From Amoebidium appalachense (Eukaryota; Protista; Ichthyosporea): a stretch of 64,000 nt of DNA. The stretch lies in assembly GCA_963693365.1 (NCBI GenBank), contig CAVNZM010000015.1, positions 2,418,001 to 2,482,000 on the forward strand, read 5' to 3'. Positions 36,651-54,717 of this stretch are shown piece after piece; position 1 is the stretch's first letter; every line of letters begins with the position of its first letter. The translations under genes and the position numbers were made by a program. Below the pieces are notes generated by a model. That model was not told the origin of the DNA. It saw nothing but the letters and a program-made list of their open reading frames with translations, and did not search any database.

Positions 36651-39600
36651 CTACATGCCGAGGAACTCAAACTGGCGGGCATTAGGCAGCCATGCCTGGG
36701 GGGTGGGGACGATTGTGACGGGAACCTGTGCGTTGCTGAGCACGTAACGGCCCACGGAGCCCACGACCAGGGTGGCCAGCAGGCCGTGGCTGTGGGTGCC
36801 CACCACCAGCATGGCCGGCTGCGCTGCCCTGCAGAACTCCACAAGCTGTGGCCCGGCCTCTCCGGCCCTCAGCTCGGCCTGCACCTGCGCCCCCAGAGAT
36901 GACTTAGCATCCGGTCCCCCCCCCCCCCCCCCCCCCTCCCGGTCCCAGCCTGCCTGTGGCCCGCCCCTCTCCCAGACCGCCAGGTCCCCCACAGGCACCA
37001 TCCATGGCCACTGCACACCTTTACATTCCCCATGCCCCCTACTAGTAGTACCTTTATATCTCTTTAATAAAATATGCCCTCTACCTTTATACCCCTTTCA
37101 TAGAATATGCCCCCTACCATTATATCTTTAATAAAATATGCCCCCTACCTTTATATCTCTTTAATAAAATATGCCCTCTACCTTTATATCCCTTTAATAA
37201 AATATGCCCTCTACCTTTATACCCCTTTAATAAAATATGCCCCCTACCTTAAAACCCCTTTAATAATATATGCCCCCTACCTTAAAACCCCTTAAATAAT
37301 ATATGGCCCCTACATTTATACCCCCTTAATAAAATATGCCCCCTACCTTTATATCCCTTCAATAAAATATGCCCCCTACCTTTATACCCCTTTCATAAAA
37401 TTTGCCCCCTACCTTTATTCGAGACTTGTACAGTTGAGGTATTTACTAAAAATAGTCTAGGGTTTATAGTGATCCTATAACGAGATTGGAATGTGGTCAG
37501 GATCTATTATGAATGTCATAGCCAAAAGTCATTTAAAGCGTATTAAGTCTTTTTCTCAATAGTAAAGATGCGTTGGGTGCTTAAGGAGACTTGGGGGATG
37601 GATTTTCGCTTAAAATCGGGGGGGATCCAATCGATCAGATCGATCAAATTCAAGCCTGCCGGTAGACTGAAATTGTCGGATTTGGGGCTTTAATCTCAAA
37701 CTGGTCAAATTTTCAACGGTAATTTCTCAGAGAATAAGGGCAGAAACCGCGGGAGGAAATGAAATTTCAATTATAAAGTGGGGGTTAATTAGTTATAATG
37801 TTGGAAAGGTGTCAACCTTTGAAAAAATCAATTCCTACCCCTTCTATAATTGCTTACGCTAAGAAGTGCAGAACGGGAAAACTTGATTTTTCCAAGGGAT
37901 GCCACCCTTTCAATATAACTAATTACCCCCCACTTTATAATTGAAACTTCATTTTCTCCCCCGGTTTCTGCGCTAATTCTCTGACAAATCGACATGGGTT
38001 TTATATTGGAAGTTGAACTTTCGGATTTTTGGCCTCGATTGACCAGCTGGATCAATTATGGAATTTGGTCGATCTCGATCTGATGCGCACCCCCAATCTT
38101 ATTTAAAATCCATCCCCCAAGTCTCCTTAATAAAAACGTTAGAATATTAAGCGACACATAAATTCATTATAAGCATTATATGGTCTCCAACCCCTTCTTC
38201 ATGGTCAAAATCAGGAAAAATCACAATCTTATCATAATCATGGCGGTTGCAAGCAGTCGTGGGCATCGATCAGGCCCCAGCAGAACCCAGCTAAGGCCTA
38301 AGTCCAAGGGATTTTTCCCTATTTTGACAATGAAGATGGCGCCGACGCCCCTGTAAGCTTATACCAAAATTGCACGCTTTTTGATTTACCAACTTTTTTT
38401 CCTAGAACACCAAAACCATTTTTCTTAGCAGAATAGGTTCTTTAATTCGTTTTAAAGAGCCGATCATTGAATTTGGCCCAGTTTCTATGCCCAACTATTG
38501 ATCCGCTGACCACATTCCTCTAGATGACTCGCCACATTTTTGTCTCGGCCCGCCAGCGGCTCTCCATAGATTAACCATATGGCGAATATCCCTTTAATAA
38601 AATGAGCCCCTACCTTTATATCCCTTTAATAGAATATGCCCCCTACCTTTATATTCCTTTAATAGAATATGCCCCCTACCTCTATATCTCTTCAATAAAA
38701 TATGCCCCCTACCTTTATATCTCTTCAATAAAATATGCCCCCTACCTTTATATCTCTTTGATAAAACATGCCCCCTACCTTTATAACCCTTAAATAGAAT
38801 ATGCCCCCTAGCTTTATATCTCTTTATAAAATATGCCCCCTACCTTTATATCCCTTTAATACAATATGCCCCCTATCTTTATCTAATATGCCCCTACCTT
38901 TACAAACATGCCCCCTACCTTTATATCCCTTTAATATAATATGCCCCCTACCTTTATGTAATATGCCCCCTACCTTTATATCCCTCATGGGTACCCCGTA
39001 GCTGTACTCCCGCACCAACTCCTCAGCCATCCCCCGCCGTGCCTCCTCGTCAGGCCCTTGGTCATCCCCTGTCCCAGCCCAGTCAGCAACCACACCACCG
39101 GGCCAACCATGCAAACACTGCAATGAGCCATGTCATATTTAACAAATAAGTGCGCAGGCCAGCCAGGAAAAGGGAGACATACACGGCCCAGGTGAGGCTA
39201 AACCAACTTGTTCCGAACAACGAGAGCACACTCTAAGGCAACAAAGGTGCCACAGTGCACAGGGCCCTTCCCTGGCTCCCTTGTATCAGACACCCAGGTA
39301 GGTCCTTGTGTAGCTCTATGGCAGCTGTTTGCCGTGTATAAAACATCAATGTGAAGCTAGCAAAAGGAGTGTCGACTGTGTTACCAATCACCCCACACTG
39401 CCGCCGGCCACTGTGGCCCAGAGCTATGCTTGTTTGTACTATATATAAGGGTGTTCTTCTTTTAGGCCTCGTTATCTAAGGGACACAATCAAGGTGTGCC
39501 CCGTTCGTTGAGGTATGTGCTCCTCGTGGCCGGTGCAAGACGTTCTCTGCTTCACGTTTTTTTAACCAACCACGATTGCCTGCAAGAGTTGAACTCAGCG

Positions 39601-40129
39601 CCCCGAGCAGGAGGAAGTGGTTGGAAAGAGGGCGGAGGAAGGGAGGGGAGTGAGGCTGGCCTGGGTGGCGGGTGGGTGGGTGGTGGTGGTGGGGGGGGGG
39701 GGGGGGGGGGGAGGAGGGGGGGGGGGGGGGGGGGGGGGGGGGCAAGAGGGAGGCGGGGAGGGGGTTGGGGTGGAGGTGACCGGAAGGAGGGGAAAGGGGT
39801 GGGGCGGGGAGGAGGGGGTAAAGAAGGGGGGTGCTGAGAGGACCGAAGAAAATGGGCAGTTGTAAGCCACTGCCTGCAACAGTGAGTCACGCAGTACAGT
39901 CTTCAAGTGCCCACTATCCCCCCCCTCCCCTTCCTCCTGCTCCATCTCCCCCACCCCCCCAAAATACACCAACACACACACACACACAGGTAAACGAACC
40001 TTGCTGGGGCAGTGGGGGGTAGACGTGCACAATAGTCAGCTGGTCGCCTGCACGGACTACACGGTGCAGGGCCCACTGGAAGGCATACTGGCTGTATGCC
40101 GACCCGTCCACAGCCACGGCAACGTGCAT
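36651..40129 (-). CDS. Universal stress protein (UspA-domain), about 4 exons: 40129-40000, 39068-38995, 37010-~36954, ~36885-36651
   Basis: MHVAVAVDGSAYSQYAFQWA...LTIVHV N-terminus; MLVVGTHSHGLLATLVVGSVGRYVLSNAQVPVTIV C-terminus; splice phases consistent. Confidence 0.9.
37050..38985. repeat. 33-bp intronic minisatellite (AAAATATGCCCCCTACCTTTATATCCCTTTAAT), split by an insertion
   Basis: About 11 units at 37050-37417 and about 13 (some shortened) at 38587-38985. Confidence 0.92.
37418..38586. mobile_element. 1.17-kb AT-rich non-coding foldback-like insertion
   Basis: Removing it restores an exact minisatellite unit; nested imperfect inverted repeats (37581-37606 vs 38105-38130; 37741-37830 vs 37883-37970). 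Confidence 0.75.
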
Positions 40130-40460
40130 CTTGCCGCCCTCACTAGCACACACATACAGGGGGACACATAGGGTGCCCTGGTTGGGGTTGCTGGCTGCCG
40201 TACAAGCAGCGCTAAAACAAGGAAAGGTAGAAGCACACCGAGAAGGTGTTCGCACAGACGGTTGGCTCACAATTGCCACTGTGTAGGCGTGTGCGTTTCT
40301 TTAAAGAGAGCAGTATGTTCACACAAGCAGGCGATGCACAGTGTTTCAAGGCAAGGCTAAGGTTTGGAGTGACACAGTGGACAAGGGGTCGTACAGGCAC
40401 TGAGGAAAGCAGAGGCGCTGACGATCATCACGGTGAGCCGCTCAGCAAACAGGGCCTAGC

Positions 40461-40489
40461 GATTGGCTGGCGATCATGAACAGCCAATC
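40461..40489. promoter_or_regulatory. Inverted pair of CCAAT boxes between divergent genes
   Basis: GATTGGCTG-N11-CAGCCAATC about 330 bp upstream of the USP ATG. Confidence 0.5.
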
Positions 40490-41669
40490 CGATTGCTTCC
40501 CGCCAAAATCACATGATATCACATGCTTGTTCCGTTCTAAACTTCTGTGTGATGAGACCTGCCAGCGTACACGTCCTTTATACATGCCCACTCTTAGCTT
40601 ACCTTGGGTGACACGTAGTATTGTCGTGTACCTACCCCTATTTTATTTAGGTTTAACCTGAGCTACCGTCCACCAGAAGTTACCGTGTGTGTTCCTGTTC
40701 ACACCCAATCGCGGTCTGTGTACCTGTTCACAGCTCCTGTTCACAGTAACCTACTTTTTGTGTACGTGCACACTAAACTTTAACCTCTGTGCACATGCAC
40801 CGCTACATTCTTTCGATTGTGGCTGTCTACACTATCCTCCAGAACCATTTACCTTGCCTACCTCTCGAGTAAGGGGCAGCTGCAGGCATAGGGCCGATTC
40901 CTGCTTTGCCGGGCGACTGGTGAAGATCTCACAGCGTCATGTTCCACTGGGGGAGACAGACAACGGCAGCAAACCAGGCAGTGGGCGGCCACCCCTTGGC
41001 TCGACCCCAGAACACACCAGGGTAACAGAGAGCCTGAAGCAGTCTTCTGGGCAGGCGCTAAGCTTTAGATCCTAGTTTGCACAAAGGATGACTTAGGAGA
41101 GAGAAAGAAGGGGTCACGTGTAACACATGTGGGCACAACGAAAGAGATCCGGTCCGCGTGCACACACGAAGACGCATCAACTCACGCTTAATCCCCTCTT
41201 CCCTTGTTCCCTGTACCCCTGCTGCACACCTAGTACATATATACGAAAAACATCCTAGATAACCAGCTGCACAAGTGAAAAACAACAAGCCTGCAACATA
41301 GCACGACAGCCTTCATACAGCCACAAATTCCACCTACATGTGCCTGAATTTGCCCAAGGTTTCTGGTTGCGGGCTTTCACAGAAGTTCTTTGGTCACACT
41401 GGGAGGCCTGCGGCAAATAAAGTGCAGTTGTGCACACCCATATACGAACACGTAGTTTTCATTTAAATACGCCAATAACAAAAGTTAGCGCTGCTTTCAG
41501 CACACTGCAGCTGCGAAACAATGGACAAGGTTTTCTCTCTTTGAGCGTCTATTGGGACGGGTTCTGGAAAGATAGATAAAGGCAGGGGCCAGAGTTGTGT
41601 ACAGTCAGTGTGGGCCACATATGGTGCGCCTGTGTAGTACTGGCTATCTCGTGCTTCTGCTTTCTGTGC

Positions 41670-42563
41670 AGGGTTGGCACCCCTACAGACCTGGCCGTCG
41701 AAGACCAGCTGACCGCCCATTGGGGGCAGGGTTTCTGTGGGCCCAGTATTGCTGCAGGACACGGGGTTGGTCGGCAGCCAGTGGCCGCCCGAGGAGCTGC
41801 GGGTCAGCCTGCTGGAGGCCAGGGCCCTGGCCACAGACACGGCCCAGCAGGTACGGCCCCCGCCTGCTCGGGCCGTGTGGGCGCTGACACTTTGCTGGGC
41901 CAGTGGCAGGAGTCGGCCCAGCAGCTGCAGGCATTGCGGCAGCAGCTGCAGCACCCCAGCCTGCCGGCAGACCTGAGGGCAGCCGCCGCAGAAGGTACCT
42001 CCCCTGCCAGCTTGCCTGCCGCCCACATACACGGTGCTCTGAAGTAGTCTCTCTCCCTCCCTCTCGGTGTGCTTGTGTGAGTGGGTGTATGCATGCATGC
42101 GAGAATGCTTGTGTGTTGTGTGCATGTGTGCACACTAGCCGCTGCGCGTCTGAGCTATTGGGGTGTGTGCAGTGAGCCGCACGGTGGCAGAACTACGACA
42201 GACTGTAGATGACGTGCGGGCGGCAGCACAGACCCAGGTGCTGCAGGCTGAGCTGAGCCAGGTGGGTGGCACCCCCTGTGGGCTGCAGCCTGTGTGTGCC
42301 GGCACGTGTCCTGACTGGGCCCACAGTTGCGCCGTCGAGTGCGGGACCTGGAGCAGCAGCTGGCTGCAGCCGCCCAGCGCGAGGCCCAGCTGCTGGCGGC
42401 ACTGCAAGCACGGCCACAGGCAGGCAGCAGGCTGGACGTGCAGGAGGTGCCGGACAGGGGTGAGGACGAACTGTGGGCCAGCAGCTGGGGCTTAGACATG
42501 CCCGAGGTAGGCGCCAGGCAGAGGGTCGTGGTGGCTGTGCACGTGCCTGCCACCTGCCACTGA
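41670..42563 (+). CDS. Multi-exon coiled-coil protein of unknown function (5' end not defined)
   Basis: GC-rich exons separated by short GT..CTGAC..AG introns; heptad-like peptides (SAQQLQALRQQLQ, VAELRQTVDDVR, RVRDLEQQLAAAAQREAQLLAAL). Confidence 0.6.
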
Positions 42564-43735
42564 CTTGTTCTCACTCTCAGCCCGTGGCAAAGCCGGCTGT
42601 ATCTCGCTCTCAGGAGGCCTTTCCCAAGCGCCGGCTACTCTGAAGTGGCCCTGGGCTGACCTCCTGCAGCTGCAGTGGCTGTGCATGGCCATATGCTCAA
42701 TAGTACGTTGCAACAGTGCAACAACTAACTAGCAGCTACTCGTGCCCAACAGTGTCATGTAGCTATTCCTCCCCTTATACATGTTTTTCTTTTTGTACGG
42801 TAGCTTTATGTAGGACTCTGAAGCCAGTGCAAATGCAGAACCGAGCAACGACGGCCATAACTAAGATTAGAAACAGCCGATGCAACTGATCCGGTGGTTT
42901 GTTAAAACCCCTTGTATGTCCGTACGTTTTATTATTATTAGTAACTTGAGACAGCACTGGTGGCTGTAAGGAATTCTTGCAGGCGCAAGGCCCCCAGCCA
43001 CGTAGAGCTGTAAAAAGTGCAGTAAACAGCCTGTTTGCCCGTACGTGCTACTCTTTGACGGCACACAAAATAGGCAGCATTCAGGGCTGCACCCATGCGC
43101 AACACCATGTTGCTGTTGGTTGTTGCTGTTGACAGCCTGGCACGAAAGGGTACAGCTTGTCACACAGCTCACATCGTGTTGGTCATTTGACTGGAGTTCT
43201 GTGTGTGTCGGGCTGCCGGTACCGTAGTGAGCGCGGTCACTGCTGATTGGGCGAGACTGCACCATGGTGCAAAGCGACGCACAAATATGTCCTTCTGATT
43301 GGCTGGCTGCCTAGAGCCCGGTATCTCCAAAAACCTCAAGTTCCACAACCGGGGTCCCTCCCTAGAAATGTTTCAAAAAGTCTACGAATGTTGCATGTGG
43401 CCACAAATATGGAAGCCGCGACAGAAACCCATAAAAAAGCTTTTGCCCTTTTCTACTAATATTAAAGGCAAAGTTATGTCCCATAATTTTTCCAGGTGTT
43501 CCTAGGCTGAGGCTGGCATGACTTGAGAATCCGTACTAAATTCTCCGCCAAATACCGTGCTGGGAGTTTTGGGAGATCGAGGGCATCTGAAGTCGTTAGC
43601 ACGCACACAGCCAACCTCACTCAGACGTATGCATTGCATAGGCGTATAATTATAGTCTTGAACAGTGATATAGTGCTAGCAGCACACACAGACACAAGCA
43701 ACACGCAGTAGAGCTAGCTGGGAACTAACGACACC

Positions 43736-48711
<4,976 letters not shown>

Positions 48712-48791
48712 GTCGTGAGCGTCTGCTGGCTGCGATCCTGGGCCAGACACAAGAGGTCGGAAGGCAAACACTCGTATTGCACACACACACA

Positions 48792-48949
<158 letters not shown>

Positions 48950-49988
48950 GCACACCCACGGTGGTGTGGCTGTGGACCGATCAGCCACCGGCATGCTGGA
49001 CGTGCCAGTGCCTCGGGTGACGGGGACTTTGTTCTGGCGACTATTAGAGGGCCCAGCTGGCACTGGGATTAATTTGGTTGTGCCTGTTGGGGTAACGTGC
49101 CAGTGGCACACAGCCACACACGGGCACAGAGCAAATGCCTGACATATCATTACGAATGAAAGTCAACGAAAGTTAATCAAATGTGCACACAACTCGGTCA
49201 GTAGCTTCAAAACATAAAAGCAATGCTCATATTTCACGTCTAAAAAGGACTGGCCATTTAAAGTGCGTGCAGATGCCCACGTTTGGAGTCTGGCGGCCAG
49301 CCTGCTGCGCCCCACCTAGGTCTACATACTCGAGTTTGCCGCCCACTGCCCAGACGGAGACCCAGAGTGACCAGAGGCAGACGCTGTGAACCACAGGACG
49401 CTGTGTGGCTCGCTGTGTGCCCATAGCTGCAACGTGGAACAGCCCGTTCCAGCACCAAGAGCTGGGGAGATAAGATCTATTGCAGCTATTTGCTCTAGGG
49501 TGCCTCGCAGGGTTTGATCCACGGCCGTCTGAACACCACTGGGTACATGTGAAAACAAGGTCTCTGGGAGAAAAGAAGGCCCGGCTTAAACATAAATATT
49601 GGCATCTGCAGGGTCCTACTTCACTCGTGCAGCATCTTACTTCACTTAGTGCCATGCACGCACAATTGTAAATGCGACTTGTTCTTTTCATGGACAGGAG
49701 AGGGACCGGACCAATCTTTTCCTCATAGAACTCTCTTCTTTGTTGCAAGAGTATGGTCCCATGACCTCAATACTCAAGCTACCTTCATTGAAGCAAAGCA
49801 CACTAAGTTCAGCAGGGCACCTTGACGCTACGGCTCTAATCAGAGCCTCGCGGCACACAGCCTACTCTCCCTGGGCAGCGCCTTTGCAAACAGGGCTGAG
49901 TGCCAGCCCCCCTGCCCCCAGCAGCCCCCACCCTACGTGTCTCTGACAGCCAGCCTGTTGGCCGGGAGGGCCTGGGCACGTTACGGCC

Positions 49989-51659
49989 ATGTGGCTGGCT
50001 GGTCTGGTGGGGCTGCTGCTTGCACCGCCCTGTGCAGGTAGCGATCCTGTGCCCTCAAACCCTCAAAACAGCAGTTGGTGTCCTGTGCATGCAGCACAGG
50101 ACAGGGGCATGTGTGGAGGGACGAAAAGTGAGGGCGTGGCCTTAGCCAAGCAGTGGCTGGACACTAGACACTATGCCCCTATGACTGTGTGTTGCCCTCC
50201 CCCTGCACACGGGCTGACGGGGGCTGCAGGGCAGGACCAGCCCACGTGGCAGGCCAGTTATGGGCCCCCAGAGGCTGCGGCCGCATATGCACACGACCTG
50301 CACACCAGTGCGTGCTCCGGGCTGGGGGGGCGAGGGGTTGGGGAGGTGGGGGGGGTGGTGGCTAAGGGGTGAACAGGCCTGCAGGGCTACCAGGAGGGCC
50401 CAGCAGTCTACAGTGCGGAGACCCTTGGTTCCAATTTCATCGGCCAGGCGCATGTTGTTGACGCCGTCAGCCGGCTCCTGCGGCTGCGGGCCAAGGGGCT
50501 GGCCCGCACCGACACGGCCCTCAGGTTGCTGCCCTTTCCCCTCTCAAAAGCCGGGCCGGGCCGTGCTGACTGTCTGTGCGGCAGTGTGGCCCTGCTGGGA
50601 CCCCCCGGCACAGGCAAGACAGAGCTGGCCCGCCGCATAGCCTCGGCCCTGCACGGCCGCCCCCGTAGCCAGCCTGGAGAGGGAAGGTGTGTGCCTGTGT
50701 GGGCCTGGGGGGTGTTGGAGGTGGATGCTGAGGGTGCTGCAGGGCGGTTTGTTGTGTTCGACATGACGGCATACCACGACAAGGCCAGTGTGCAGTCCTG
50801 GACAGGCTCCCCCACCGGCTATGAGGGGACGTCGCCAATGCGCGAGGTTGAGACCCCCCCCCCCCCTTTCCCGGCCCGCCGCTGCTGTCAGCGCCTGCTT
50901 TAAAAGAGAAATGCAGGGGTTCTGAGGCCGGGGGCACAGGTGTTTAAACGGCGGGCGGATGCAGTTGTGCTTTTGGACGAGTTTGAGAAGGGCAGCTGCG
51001 AGGGCATACCCCCGCTGCTGCTCAAAATGCTCGAGAGGGACGGCCGCCTGACAGGTATACAACCCCCCTGGATGGGGGGCCGGGCCGGGCTGACCGTGTG
51101 GGCAGACAAGAAGCACCCCGGGGCCATTGTGTCGACCACCAACGCCACGTTCATCATGGCCAGCAACTTTGCCGCCCACCTGGTGCAGCCCGATGTGAGC
51201 CCCCAGCAGGCTGCAGACGCCGTACGTGGCCCTGGCTGGGCCCTGCATGCACTCATGTGGCTGCTGTGTGGGGGGTGGGTGCTTGCAGGCCCGTGCATGT
51301 GCTCACGAGGCGGGGGGGCAGGTGTGGGCAGAGATGGAGCGGCAGCACTGCCCGTCCAGCCCCAACCCGTTTGGCCCGGCCCTGCGCAGCCGGTGGGGAA
51401 GCAGGGGCTCAGTATGGGCTGCTGGGGGGCGGGGGGGGGGGGGGGGGCAGGCACTGACAGGGGGGCTGCAGGCTGGGCAAGCGGGGGCTGCTGGTGCTGA
51501 CGGCGCTGGGCAACGAGCAGGTGCGGCAGGGTATAGTGCTGGCGCTGCAGCGCACGGCCAGGCGGCTGGCTGGCAGTGTGCGGCTGGGCTGGACACAGAA
51601 GCTGGTCAAGCACCTGCACATGCAGCTGCAGGTGGGGGGTCAGACGTCATTTTTTTTTT

Positions 51660-51690
<31 letters not shown>

Positions 51691-52000
51691 GGGGGGATTA
51701 TTGGACGGCTAGAACTTGCCGCGGTTCCTAATCCAAACCTGGAATTTAACCCACACATCAAACATACAGTATGACCCAGCCAGCCGTCGCAAAGAAACAA
51801 TATGTAGTGATAACAAAAAAACACAATAGATAATTAGAAGCAACTCGTCAATATGAACCTTGTGTTAAAACAATTCTTTGCATACCGAATAAATAGACAG
51901 ATAAGATACTTACAAGACCTTGCTCCTTGGTCCTTGTCGCTTGATTGATTCAAGTTGCTGTCGTGGAGGCAGGGAGGGTTGGGATTGGAATCTGGTAGCC

Positions 52001-52031
<31 letters not shown>

Positions 52032-54717
52032 AAAAAAAAAAAAAAAAGATTTCTTTACCAAACTCAGATTTTAGACCGTGGAACCCAAAATGGGGGCAGA
52101 GTGTGACATTCAGAAAGGATTTTCTTGTAAAATTCTGGTATGCATTGGCTGTGTGGTACATCTGACCCCACGTTAATTGCTCGCAGATTGAAGCGCAAGA
52201 TTATTTTATTCAATTGTCTGCCATGCTTATTTTAAATCTAATCTAATTAGGAACCTAGGTCTGTGTTTGAGACTCTTAGTAACGGCATTTAGCCCTATGT
52301 CTGGGGCCTCTACGTTCTTGCAATGGGGGTGTATGGTGCATGCAGTATCGACTCATGTGCCGGGCAGGGGGAGACCAGGGAGGGCATGCGGGGCCTGGAG
52401 GGGCTGGTGGAGCGCACGGTGGTGGACCTGCTGGAGCCCTGCTGGGACGAGCTGCTGGCTGCAAGGTGGGGGCAGGCCGGTAGAGGGTTAAACAAACTGT
52501 AGAGGGTTAAACAAACTGTAGAGGGTTAGACAAACTGTAGAGGGTTAATCACTGTAGAGGGTTAAACACGGTGCGTGCATGCGGGCCATGGACCATGTGC
52601 CGGCATATCCATGTGTTGCCACCTTGAGGTGCAAATTCCTGGCCTCTGCCTGTGCTTGGCTGTGGCCTATGATATGCATGATAATAATACTAGCTGTGGC
52701 CTATGATATGCATGATAATAATACTAGCTGGGGCCTATGATATGCATGATAATATTACTAGCTGTGGCCTATGATATGCATGATAATAATACTAGCTGGG
52801 GCCTACGATATGCATGATAATAATACTAGCTGGGGCCTACGATATGCATGATAATATTACTAGCTGTGGCCTATGATATGCATGATAATAATACTAGCTG
52901 TGGCCTATGATATGCATGATAATATTACTAGCTGTGGCCTATGATATGCATGATAATAATACTAGCTGGGGCCTACGATATGCATGATAATATTACTAGC
53001 TGTGGCCTATGATATGCATGATAATATTACTAGCTGTGGCCTATGATATGCATGATCATATCAGCCACCCCGGAATGTGTTTTGCACTGTGGTGCACACC
53101 ACCAGTACCAGGGTGCAGGCACTGACGCTGACCCGTGTGCAGGGCCTGTGGCAACAACAGTGTGGTCTTGGACCTGGGCCGCACCCCCGAGGTGCCCTTG
53201 GCCGTGCGTGTACGTCCTCCCCCCCTCCGCCCCCTTTTTTTCTTTCTCTTTTTTCTCACTTTCGTTCTTTCTTTCTTTCTTTCTTTCTTTTTCTTTCTTT
53301 CTTTCTTTTTTTTTTTTTTTTTTTGTGGTGGGGGGGGGGGGGGGGGGGGGGGGGGTGGTTATTGCTATTTGCAGCAGCTAAGGGTGGCTGGGCAGGTGTG
53401 GCGCACAGACCAGGGCCAGGGGGTGTGCGAGGCCCAACAGGCCCAGGATGGGCGGCAGGCGAGGTGGGAGGCAGCCGAGCAAGATCACGGGCAGGCGGAA
53501 GAGCACGGGCAGGTGCCAGTGATCATGCAGGAGGCTACGGCCACACACAGTGGCGGAGGACAGGTGTGTGTCCATGTAATGCACATGAGGGTGTGTCCAT
53601 GTAATGCACATGAGGGTGTGTCCATGTAATGCACATGAGGGTGGGTGAGATGCCGGCCTTACGCAGGAGGGGTGGTGGTGTGTGCGCTCGGGGAGGGGGA
53701 GGGGGGGGGGGGGGGGGGGGGGGGGGGATGGAGCACAGGTTGATGCGTAGTGTGCCAGCAGCGTGGTGGTAGTGCCTCCATGCATACAATATTAACCCAT
53801 GTGATGGCAGGTGGCCGTGCTGCAGCCAGCCCAATCCCAACTGCTTGTGGCCCAGGCTGCAGCCATCCAGCAGCTGCAGGCAGACATGCGGCGCCTACAG
53901 GCAGTAAGGGCAATGGCCCCCTAGGAGGGGAGGGGAGGGGGGGGGGGGTGCACGGGCGGTGGGATGCTGACGTGAGGGCCAGCGTCTACTGCAGGCGGTG
54001 GGGGCCATGGTGCTGCTGGTGCTGCTAATTGGTATGTGTCCTAGGCCATGGGGCGGACAGGGTGGGCCCTGACGGGGGCTGCAGGGCTGGGCTGGGGGCT
54101 GGGGGTGGCTGCAGCCGTGCAGGTGGCTGCACTCAAGGCAGCGGGGGTGGTGGGCCTGGTGGGGGCCAGCCTGCTGGCCTACTGGTACTGGCCTTATGTA
54201 GCACTGGCTGCTAGCCTCATGGTGCGTGTGGGGGGTAGGGGTGCCTGTATTGCACTGGGGGCATGGTTGCTTGTATTGCACTGGGGGCATGGTTGCCTGT
54301 ATTTTGGTGGTGTGACAGCACTGCTGACACCTGTGCAGTGGTGGGTGCTCGGGTGGCTGTGGTTCTTTGTGGTCACACATCCCCCGGCCGGAATGGCAAT
54401 GCTGCTACTGCTTCTGGCTGCCCGTGCTTGGTGGAGTCTTAAGGTGGGTGCTTGGTGTGCATGTTCTGATGGGTGCTTATTGTGAGTGTTTAGGTGGGTG
54501 CATGGTGTGAACTCTGGGTGGTTGCTTATTGTGAATGCAAAGGTAAGTGCATGGCGTAAATGCTAGGTGGGTGTGTTTGCACCGGGTGCTGCATGCTCAT
54601 CTAGGGTGCTGTCAGGGCCAATTGGTGCCTGGCATCAAGGAGGAGGAGGGGCCAGGCAGAAGTGGCCAGGTGGGGGTGCAGACGGTGGGGGCGGCTACGA
54701 GCGACTGCGCCTCATGA
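49989..54717 (+). CDS. AAA+ ATPase with a single ClpB/Hsp104 D2-like module, N-terminal signal peptide and probable C-terminal transmembrane region
   Basis: FIGQAHVVDAV, Walker A GPPGTGKT, FDMTAY...GSPTGYEG pore loop, Walker B VVLLDEFEK, DGRLTD, FIMASN, sensor-2-like GMRGL; N-terminus MWLAGLVGLLLAPPCA; hydrophobic exons at ~54060-54443. Linkage of the 3' exons is inferred. Confidence 0.75.
52658..53056. repeat. 33-34-bp intronic minisatellite (GCTGTGGCCTATGATATGCATGATAATAATACTA) x~12
   Basis: Direct tandem units; a 19-bp repeat x~5 lies at 52480-52566. Confidence 0.92.

Noticed and set aside
52658-53056. 34-bp repeats (also the 33- and 41-bp arrays) superficially CRISPR-like
   Set aside because: Head-to-tail with no unique spacers, intronic, no cas genes, eukaryotic context.
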